A stretch of 64,000 bases of DNA from a virus (lineage: Duplodnaviria > Caudoviricetes), in IMG/VR virus record IMGVR_UViG_3300022848_000005; one strand, written 5' to 3'. Below, piece after piece: positions 56,904-64,000 of this stretch; within the stretch, counting starts at the first letter, position 1, and each line of letters opens with the position of its first letter. The notes under the pieces were generated by a model. It saw only the letters and a list, made by a program, of their open reading frames with translations. It did not search any database and was not told where the DNA came from. The position numbers and the translations under genes are program-made.

Positions 56904-57766
56904 AGGTTGCTCGAGCGTTATTTGTTGCGTGGTATAGGATACCACACGCTTGTCTAAGTCTACAGTTTGATCACTATATCAAAGGTATAGATGAAACATA
57001 CATATTCACAAATTGTGAAAATACTGAGGCTAACCCATTCTTAGATAGAGTTTTATCCAAGTATCTAGACACATCAAAATTTAAATATGTGTTTGATGGC
57101 GAAATGGATAGTCTATATCCCAGTGTGCGTAACTGGTGGATACCTGGTGATTATAGGAACAGTTGGTTGTACCAACAAGCATTAAAACTTGCCAGTTTAG
57201 ATTACATAGATGCAGACGTAATCCTTATACAAGATCCAGATACATTCTGTATTAATCCATATAACTTGTGGGAAGGTGACCTACTTAAGTATTTTATACT
57301 ACCCAACGAGACTCACAGTCTTGCTTACTACCAAACACTGCAAAATGCATTAGGTATTGAGAGACAAGTGCCACACAGTTTTGTTACAGAATTCATGCCA
57401 GTATATAAAGAGGACTGGCTAAGTCTCAAGCATGAGCTCATAGCAAGAAATAACTGCGATCCGTTTGATGCGATAATTAATAATGTTCCTGAGGATCCAC
57501 TCAGTGTTCCTACTCCAAACATAAAATGGTTTAGTGAGTATGAGCTACTGGGTAACTGGATTATGACACAACGTGAAGTTGCTCTAATGGAACAAAAACG
57601 TTATAGTTACACACATATAGACGATATTGCTAACACAACAGCGGAAGATCACAATTGTATATGTGATGCTTGTCCAAATTTAGAAGACAGTATCGTATTT
57701 GACAATAACGAAGAAATAGTCATAAATTTTGATGAAATATTTGGAAAGGTTAAAAAATTCTTATGA
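56900..57766 (+). CDS. DUF6492-like hypothetical protein
   Basis: QQALKL, QDPDT, SEYELLG; paralog of 12685. Confidence 0.5.
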   Translation: MKVARALFVAWYRIPHACLSLQFDHYIKGIDETYIFTNCENTEANPFLDRVLSKYLDTSKFKYVFDGEMDSLYPSVRNWWIPGDYRNSWLYQQALKLASLDYIDADVILIQDPDTFCINPYNLWEGDLLKYFILPNETHSLAYYQTLQNALGIERQVPHSFVTEFMPVYKEDWLSLKHELIARNNCDPFDAIINNVPEDPLSVPTPNIKWFSEYELLGNWIMTQREVALMEQKRYSYTHIDDIANTTAEDHNCICDACPNLEDSIVFDNNEEIVINFDEIFGKVKKFL

Positions 57767-58023
57767 TAACAATGTACACAAAAGATCATTGCCCTTTTTG
57801 TCAGTATGCGAAAGCCTGGCTAGAGAAGGCAGATATCACATTCGAAGAGAAAAATATTAGTCATAGTCAAGAACTAAGTTCTTGGTTAAAGGAACAGGGC
57901 CATAGAACAGTGCCACAACTATACGTAAAAGATACATTGCTGGTAGAAGGTGGTTACCAAGGACTAGCAAAGTTAGATGAAAACACAGTTAAACAGAAAA
58001 TTAAGGAAATAAATGCTAATTAA
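57763..58023 (+). CDS. Glutaredoxin
   Basis: CPFC, TVPQL, GGY. Confidence 0.92.
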   Translation: MITMYTKDHCPFCQYAKAWLEKADITFEEKNISHSQELSSWLKEQGHRTVPQLYVKDTLLVEGGYQGLAKLDENTVKQKIKEINAN

Positions 58024-58312
58024 TACGCCAGAATATAACAAAGGTGACATCGCTACATTTATGTTAGTTACCGGTCAGGAATGCATCGCACGAGTAGAAG
58101 AGTGCCAGGACGACGGATTTTTAGTAGCAAAACCACTGACCTTAATGCCTAGCGGGCAAGGGATGGCTATGGTACAATTGGGTATGACAGCGCAAATAAA
58201 TACAGTAGTGCTAAAGAATCAGCATATTGTGTTTCATGGACCAACAGCCAAAGAAGCCGCTGACGGATATTTACAAAGCACCTCGGGTATACAAATAGTT
58301 AAAGGAGTATAG
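58013..58312 (+). CDS. Hypothetical protein
   Basis: Coupled ORF. Confidence 0.65.
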   Translation: MLINTPEYNKGDIATFMLVTGQECIARVEECQDDGFLVAKPLTLMPSGQGMAMVQLGMTAQINTVVLKNQHIVFHGPTAKEAADGYLQSTSGIQIVKGV

Positions 58313-58600
58313 ATGCCAGCAACATCTAGAAGGTCAGATGTTAATTCACACGGCGGCACAATTGTGGGTGTAGTGGTTGAATCTGTAATTGTTGAAGGAC
58401 AAGCCTGTGCAGTTATAGGATCTACATTAACACCTGATTCTCTATGCCCACCAGTCGGTGGCGCCCATTGTGGTCCTGTGGTTGTATCAGGTAGTGGCAC
58501 AGTAAATGCAGGCGGCCGACCGGTAACAAGAATAGGTGATTCGAATAACTGTGGTGCATCAAATGCAAGTGGTGCGGGCTCAGTAATTACAGGCGGATAA
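58313..58600 (+). CDS. PAAR-repeat spike tip protein
   Basis: MPATSRRSD, SHGG, GRPVTRIGD. Confidence 0.85.
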   Translation: MPATSRRSDVNSHGGTIVGVVVESVIVEGQACAVIGSTLTPDSLCPPVGGAHCGPVVVSGSGTVNAGGRPVTRIGDSNNCGASNASGAGSVITGG

Positions 58601-60259
58601 ATGACACAACCAAGCACATTAACAGCAACGCAAGGATTGTTAGCCGATGGCGGCTTAGACAATGCTTTTGTGAATACGCTGTTTGCTGCCATGTACAGTA
58701 CTGATATTATATCTAAAGCACAGGCGGCTATAACAGATGCTAATGCAGTGAGCGTAGATATAAGTGACCTAGGCAATAATATTATGCCAGGGCTAGTGGG
58801 AAATATACCAAGTGCATACACTACCGTAACACCCACAGGTAGTTTACGTACGGCATATTATAACCATGCTACAACACTATTTGCTTCAGGTGACATCTCA
58901 GGCTTTGGACAGTTTTTTATGCAAGCGTCTGGGTATGCAACTCAGTGCTTTCGCATAATCAAGGACGCAACAAAAAAGAATACAACTGATTTGTCTGACT
59001 ACGGCGCCAAGGTTTCAAAGCAAAGTGACATCAGTACAGGTGGATTAACTGGGTTTTTAACTGTGAACTCGCAAGAAAACTTAACAAAACTAGGCAATGA
59101 TTTTATTGCTATGGGAACTGTATTTGATTACAAGGATTTGGAGTTATACGGCACAGCAAGAGGATTAGCAAAACAATTAATAGACGCAGAATTGCCTCTG
59201 TCAGACCCAATTAAAACCTGGATATCTGGTCTTAATCTAGTTGATGAAATAGATTATTATGATGAACAATATGAAGACATACTCTATGATGTACTATCTC
59301 TGATAGCAATAGACTCCTCTTTTTATCAGACATTTCAGTACACTCCCAACGAACGATTGGAAAACGTAGTTGATGTATTGTTGCCTTCGACGGCTCTACG
59401 TACATCTTCAGATTTAGTAACATTTAGTAGTTTTACCGAAGTGGCACAAGCATTAAACACATTTACATTTTTAAAACTTCAAGATAATATTGCATTTGGA
59501 AACACCATTAGGCAAGTTACCACTTCAGGACCACTTGCTAATTTAGATGTTGTTACTACTCCTATACAAACAACAACTTTTACTGCCCTGTTAGCACAAC
59601 TAGGAACAGGTAGTGGGCTGTATGGACAACCAACTTTAAGAGATATTATAGGTCCTGTATCAGGCTGGCTACTTGAAGCACGTTTAACTCGTATTGCCAC
59701 CGCCTTAACTGTTATAAGTGCAAGCTCAGATGGACTTAATCTAATATCAGGATATGAGCGCATCACTAATGTAGCAACAGATGTATATGGGGAACCAGAC
59801 GGGTCAACACTGTCAGTAATAGTACCAGCAGGTGTTGGTGCAGGATCATATGGCTCTTATTCGGATGCTATAAGTGCTATCGAAACAGGGCTAGACGCCT
59901 ACTACAACAACTTGCGTTCTTTTCTTGCGATTGGCAGTCTGGAACTCAGAGAAGCCTGCGAAACTGTACACACAGATTACGATGCTATAGCAAAACAAGT
60001 TTCAGACTCAAAGTCATTATTGTCTAAAGCTGGTATAGATACAGCACAATTCTCATCAAATAAAAACACTATTCTTGCGTTTGCCGGGTCACTTGAATCT
60101 TTCGGTGTTGATCTTGATGATCTGGGAACTAGGGATATATTGTTAGGCATGGTCGAATCAAACATAACAGGTGATGCAATCAAATCAAGTGTATACTCTG
60201 GACAAAATCAGACAGTTCTGACGACTGCGGGCATAATACCAAACGCAATGCAAGGTTGA
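58601..60259 (+). CDS. Putative baseplate/virion structural protein
   Basis: 552 aa, Thr/Ser/Ala-rich, directly after PAAR. Confidence 0.5.
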   Translation: MTQPSTLTATQGLLADGGLDNAFVNTLFAAMYSTDIISKAQAAITDANAVSVDISDLGNNIMPGLVGNIPSAYTTVTPTGSLRTAYYNHATTLFASGDISGFGQFFMQASGYATQCFRIIKDATKKNTTDLSDYGAKVSKQSDISTGGLTGFLTVNSQENLTKLGNDFIAMGTVFDYKDLELYGTARGLAKQLIDAELPLSDPIKTWISGLNLVDEIDYYDEQYEDILYDVLSLIAIDSSFYQTFQYTPNERLENVVDVLLPSTALRTSSDLVTFSSFTEVAQALNTFTFLKLQDNIAFGNTIRQVTTSGPLANLDVVTTPIQTTTFTALLAQLGTGSGLYGQPTLRDIIGPVSGWLLEARLTRIATALTVISASSDGLNLISGYERITNVATDVYGEPDGSTLSVIVPAGVGAGSYGSYSDAISAIETGLDAYYNNLRSFLAIGSLELREACETVHTDYDAIAKQVSDSKSLLSKAGIDTAQFSSNKNTILAFAGSLESFGVDLDDLGTRDILLGMVESNITGDAIKSSVYSGQNQTVLTTAGIIPNAMQG

Positions 60260-60284
60260 CAAGCTAGCCGAGCGGTTATATAAT
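60256..60284 (+). promoter_or_regulatory. Sigma70-type promoter with CCGAGCG spacer element
   Basis: TTGACA-17 nt-TATAAT. Confidence 0.85.
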
Positions 60285-60314
60285 TACACTATATACTTAC
60301 AAAAGGATGCGGAG

Positions 60315-60875
60315 ATGAGGGTTTACGCTACACTTAGTGCAGGAATATTGAGTTTACTGGCTTTCTTAGTAGTAGTACAACAACAACAAGTACAGCATGT
60401 GGTATCACATGTACCGGTAGTCGACTTAAAGTATTATAACAAAGAGCAATTAGGGTGCCTCTACCAAAACATATACCACGAAGCACGTAATCAACCCAGA
60501 GCAGGGCAGTTGGCAGTAATGTATGTAACACTTAACCGTGTTACTGACCATCGGTATCCTAACACAATATGTGAAGTAGTGATGCAAGGTCCTCATCAAC
60601 CTAGTTGGAAAAGCATAAAAAAACTAGTACCCGTCAAACATCAGTGCCAATTTAGTTGGTACTGTGATGGCAAGTCAGATACATTAATTAATTCTGCATC
60701 ATTTGGTGCTATTAAGATGTTAGTGGGCGACGTATTATTGGGTAAAACACAGATGATAGACATAACTGACGGTGCAACCCATTACCATGCTACCTATGTG
60801 AGTCCATCGTGGGCCCGTACTATAACAAAGACGGTAGCAATCGAGGATCATATTTTTTACCGTTGGGAAAACTAG
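60315..60875 (+). CDS. SleB-like cell wall hydrolase (Hydrolase_2)
   Basis: NIYHEAR, CQFSWYCDG, ATHYHATYVSPSW, HIFY; N-terminal hydrophobic anchor. Confidence 0.92.
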   Translation: MRVYATLSAGILSLLAFLVVVQQQQVQHVVSHVPVVDLKYYNKEQLGCLYQNIYHEARNQPRAGQLAVMYVTLNRVTDHRYPNTICEVVMQGPHQPSWKSIKKLVPVKHQCQFSWYCDGKSDTLINSASFGAIKMLVGDVLLGKTQMIDITDGATHYHATYVSPSWARTITKTVAIEDHIFYRWEN

Positions 60876-61138
60876 TACGTCAAAGTAAAGTACAAGATGT
60901 CGTCCTCATCATCTAAAAATATCAGGTATTCGCCCTGGGATCGCCAGGGAGTGTGTTGCCATGCCCAACGACCGTTGGCATGTTCCATAAACCATTTAAA
61001 GCACTTTATGGATTTTTCTTCGCCTTGTATTAAACGACAGAATCGGTAACCACCTTCGCTTGTTCTAATTCGGTGGTCTGCGAGATGCCCGGCACGTAAT
61101 GTGTTAAGTATTGACATATGAATAGAATGACTGTACAC
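60872..61138 (-). CDS. Hypothetical protein
   Basis: ORF track; start uncertain. Confidence 0.45.
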   Translation of the reverse strand: MYSHSIHMSILNTLRAGHLADHRIRTSEGGYRFCRLIQGEEKSIKCFKWFMEHANGRWAWQHTPWRSQGEYLIFLDDEDDILYFTLTY

Positions 61139-61139
61139 T
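61111..61139 (+). promoter_or_regulatory. Sigma70-type promoter
   Basis: TTGACA-17 nt-TACACT. Confidence 0.65.
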
Positions 61140-61170
61140 ATTTACATATAAAAACTATTAGAGGGGAAAA

Positions 61171-61314
61171 ATGACTTCAGTAATTAACAGGCTAAAAAAA
61201 CGTAATCCGTATGCAAAAGAATTGCTAAATCGGCAGGGTCCTTACAAGGCTAAAGTAGAGCAAGATCGTACCAAGCATACTCGTAAAACTAAGCATAAGA
61301 ACCAGGAGCTCTAA
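61171..61314 (+). CDS. 47-aa basic protein, ArfA-like
   Basis: GAGGGG RBS; KRNPYAKELL...YKAKVEQDRTKHTRKTKH. Confidence 0.55.
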   Translation: MTSVINRLKKRNPYAKELLNRQGPYKAKVEQDRTKHTRKTKHKNQEL

Positions 61315-61421
61315 TGTCAGATCAATGGGCATGTAGTGGTGGCAAAGAATCATGGGATGGACATCCATTGGTGTATATACCAAATGGTGAGTCTTGTCCT
61401 TACTGTGGAGAGAAAAAATGA
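61314..61421 (+). CDS. 35-aa zf-CHCC-like zinc-finger protein
   Basis: CSGG...GHPLVYI...CPYCG; AGGAG RBS, TAATG-coupled. Confidence 0.75.
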   Translation: MSDQWACSGGKESWDGHPLVYIPNGESCPYCGEKK

Positions 61422-61624
61422 CTGATAAAAAACTAGATGAAGATTGGGACGATGAAGAACTTGTAGACTTTGACGAAGAACTATTGCCAGGACTACAGGA
61501 CATGCTTGCCAGCATTGCGGCAAACACATACGATACTCACAAGAAGTTTTGGTATGCAGATAATATATCTCAAGAGCAACGAGACCTATACATGTATTTG
61601 CCAAGAAATCGACAAGAACATTAA
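61418..61624 (+). CDS. Small acidic hypothetical protein
   Basis: ATGA-coupled start at 61418. Confidence 0.55.
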   Translation: MTDKKLDEDWDDEELVDFDEELLPGLQDMLASIAANTYDTHKKFWYADNISQEQRDLYMYLPRNRQEH

Positions 61625-61635
61625 ATACTCATACT

Positions 61636-63003
61636 ATGATTTTTGCCGCATTTATATTAACTGTTGCACTTGCTATTAGCGGTATTGCCGCTTTTTATAG
61701 CATTATCGGGCTTATAGCAATATTTGCCGCGGCTGCCGTACCTGTTATTGTTATGGGCGGAGCACTTGAAACTGGTAAGATTGTTGCTACAGTTTGGTTA
61801 CACCAAAATTGGAAACGAATGCCGGTGGCATTCAAACTTTATCTAATACCTGCAATTGCTATATTGATGTTTGTTACCAGTATGGGTATCTTTGGTTTCT
61901 TATCCAAAGCACATATCGAACAGACTGCAATGAGCGATGAGCAACGTGCAGAAGTAACTCAGTTAGCAAGTAAAATAATCAGAAGTGAGGCTAAGATTGC
62001 TAGATGGAACACAGAACTTGGCAGACTCAGTAAAGGTGAAGATCAGCGTGTAGATAATCTGGTAGACCGGAACCAAGACACACTTAACGAAGTACGGGGA
62101 CAGATTACTCAGGAAAAAGCAAATGCTCGTACTGATGCAGAGAAACAAATAGCATTACAGCAAAAGCGTTTAGAGCAAGCCTTAGATCGTAAAGACGCAG
62201 ACATCAAAGCGGCACAGGTCAGAAAGACAGCAGACATTGCGGCCGCACAGGCTAGATATCAAAACTCCTTTAATAAAAAAGGGCTAGACGACGCAATAAA
62301 AGAAGCCCAGACAACTGAACTAGCAACAACAGAAACAGCAAAACGCAACGAACTAAGTGTTGCCAGCGCCGCCCAACGTGAAATTAAAAACATCAACACA
62401 ACACTGAATACTCGTCTTAATACGATCGACCAAAAGTATGCTGATGGTTTAGCATCAACAAATGCTAGAATACAAAATTTGCGTAATGCCGCTACTACTA
62501 AAACAGATGACATAGACGGCAAAATAGATGAATTTGAAAACCTAGTAGATTCTGAACAGTTGGAAATAGACAAACTTAATGAAGAAATTGCTGTCTACGA
62601 AAAGGAATATCGTAAACTAGAAGCAGAAGTAGGTCCAATTAAGTATGTTGCCGCAGTAATTTACGGTGACAATCCTGATGTTAATATGTTGGAACGTGCT
62701 GTTCGTTGGGTAATTTTACTGCTGGTTGTGGTATTTGATCCATTGGCACTTACACTGATACTTGCCGCAACCAAACAATTCCAATGGGCTAGAGAGGAAA
62801 AACAGAGTCCCACACATGCACACAGAGAGTACACTAAAGAAGATGATGATCTTATGAATGAAATGTACCCTCCGAATATAGAACCTGAAGTAAAAATTGA
62901 AAGGGTCTATGTTGAGGCAAACGTAGACACTTCCATGCCTGCAGATGTAGCAGATCTAGAGGGTAACGTTAATGATAAACTAAGGAAAAAGAATAATGGC
63001 TAA
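61636..63003 (+). CDS. Membrane-anchored long coiled-coil protein
   Basis: N-terminal TM helices, heptad-rich middle, TM VVVFDPLA; TAAATA at 61622. Confidence 0.75.
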   Translation: MIFAAFILTVALAISGIAAFYSIIGLIAIFAAAAVPVIVMGGALETGKIVATVWLHQNWKRMPVAFKLYLIPAIAILMFVTSMGIFGFLSKAHIEQTAMSDEQRAEVTQLASKIIRSEAKIARWNTELGRLSKGEDQRVDNLVDRNQDTLNEVRGQITQEKANARTDAEKQIALQQKRLEQALDRKDADIKAAQVRKTADIAAAQARYQNSFNKKGLDDAIKEAQTTELATTETAKRNELSVASAAQREIKNINTTLNTRLNTIDQKYADGLASTNARIQNLRNAATTKTDDIDGKIDEFENLVDSEQLEIDKLNEEIAVYEKEYRKLEAEVGPIKYVAAVIYGDNPDVNMLERAVRWVILLLVVVFDPLALTLILAATKQFQWAREEKQSPTHAHREYTKEDDDLMNEMYPPNIEPEVKIERVYVEANVDTSMPADVADLEGNVNDKLRKKNNG

Positions 63004-63223
63004 GCCACAACAGGAAATTGATGGAATTTGGGCAAAGTATAAGAATACCCTGGCACAACTCAACGAGGTATTGGACGATAATGAAGCACTGAAAAATGAA
63101 CTCAACGAGGCTTTGGACGAGAATGAAGCACTGAAAAGTGAACTTGATCTTGACTTTACAATGCCAGCAGATATTGCAGAACTAGAAGCAAAAATCAATT
63201 CACGTTTAGGAACAGATGCATAA
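62996..63223 (+). CDS. Coiled-coil hypothetical protein with 42-nt internal repeat
   Basis: LNEVLDDNEALKNE/LNEALDENEALKSE (63057-63144). Confidence 0.6.
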   Translation: MAKPQQEIDGIWAKYKNTLAQLNEVLDDNEALKNELNEALDENEALKSELDLDFTMPADIAELEAKINSRLGTDA

Positions 63224-63755
63224 GCATCAAGAAACAGTAGAGAGCATTTGGCGCAAATATCAAATAGCTCTACAGCGATTAGATAAGGCTTTAGACGAAC
63301 TAGAGCGTAAGCCTAAAGAAGTCGTTGTTGAAAAGGTAGTAGAGGTGTTTGTAGAGATCGAAAAGTTTGTTGAGGTAGAAGTAGAAAAAATAAAAGAGGT
63401 TGTTAAACCTGAATACTTTAGACTAGTTAAAGAAGAACTAGGTCTACAAGCAGACAATAACGATGCTCGGTACGCTAGTAAAACAGGCTTTGGTATTAAA
63501 TTTCCAGAGCACCCCAACAAAGGCGACATGTTTTTACGTGTCGACAGTAAACCAACTAAATTATTCAAATACAATGGTAATAAATGGATAGAAGTTGACA
63601 AAGATAACACAGACATTTATACTTACGATGAAGAATATTTAAAGCACTTAATAGATCGTATTAACAAAGGCGATTATACACTAGAAGAACTAACTGTAAC
63701 TGAACAAGAACAACTCAAACGTTATCTAAAAAAGGAGACAGTCCTTGGTAAGTGA
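63216..63755 (+). CDS. Hypothetical protein
   Basis: VEK repeats; GFGIKFPEHPNKGDMFLRVD domain. Confidence 0.65.
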   Translation: MHKHQETVESIWRKYQIALQRLDKALDELERKPKEVVVEKVVEVFVEIEKFVEVEVEKIKEVVKPEYFRLVKEELGLQADNNDARYASKTGFGIKFPEHPNKGDMFLRVDSKPTKLFKYNGNKWIEVDKDNTDIYTYDEEYLKHLIDRINKGDYTLEELTVTEQEQLKRYLKKETVLGK

Positions 63756-64000
63756 AATTAATATTATATCGGCACCAGACAGACTGGACAGAGACAGTAA
63801 AAAGTTTTTGTTGTTTGATATAAACATGGACGAGCTCATGGGAGTTAAGGAAACCTTTACTAACTTCGATATGAATATTGATTTTTATATATACGGAAGT
63901 TATAGCGATGATGTAAAATGGCTAAGTAAAGTTGCTGAGATTGTGGACTACACTATAGTAAACAATACACAGTTAACAGAACATATAGATTTAAAAACAG
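63745..64000 (+). CDS. Hypothetical protein (3' truncated by window end)
   Basis: AAGGAG then TTG 63745; frame open to the end (VSEINIISAPD...). Confidence 0.55.
   Translation, partial: MVSEINIISAPDRLDRDSKKFLLFDINMDELMGVKETFTNFDMNIDFYIYGSYSDDVKWLSKVAEIVDYTIVNNTQLTEHIDLKT

Noticed and set aside
1451-63616. Many short antisense or overlapping ORFs in the track (e.g. 1451-1852, 23625-23903, 48076-48411, 58234-58836, 62259-62573)
   Set aside because: They lie opposite recognisable genes, lack motifs or RBSs, and look like shadow frames.
1-64000. CRISPR array, tRNA, rRNA, transposase or DGR
   Set aside because: No regularly spaced repeat-spacer array, cloverleaf, reverse transcriptase or transposase motifs were seen; intergenic gaps are short. 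A tRNAscan-SE run would be the formal check.

Overview
A 64-kb, AT-rich, densely coding segment of a large tailed dsDNA phage (T4-like/jumbo myovirus-type organisation, standard genetic code). The host is probably proteobacterial, inferred from the class Ia NrdA, IscA, desaturase and DUF3563-like genes. Core genes include UvsX/RecA, UvsY, UvsW, a gp62-like clamp-loader subunit, primase, helicase, an exonuclease, NrdA/NrdB/glutaredoxin, PAAR, a tail fibre and a SleB-like hydrolase. These are interleaved with expanded modification-enzyme families: four twitch-radical SAM proteins, three SGNH-like proteins, two 2OG-Fe(II) oxygenases and two PRMT-like methyltransferases (one decayed). A roughly 12-kb glycosyl/carbamoyl cluster contains a low-GC ColD-Gmd (colitose-type) island and a GT10-like transferase. 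The most striking unexplained system is a late-expressed block at 42.2-46.0 kb. Its proteins share a T4-like capsid-targeting/prohead-protease N-terminus, and it contains three different nucleotidyl-transfer folds in tandem (Pol-beta NTase, KxDG ligase-like, HxGH NTase), suggesting a virion-packaged, ejected enzyme module. Other notable signals are a conserved YCGAGYG element in sigma70 promoter spacers, many leaderless genes, a 189-aa mini-DnaE, an ArfA-like micro-ORF, and a decayed gene with a nested palindrome upstream of nrdA. No tRNA, rRNA, CRISPR array, transposase, intron or intein was recognised. All family assignments are from motif recognition, not database searches.
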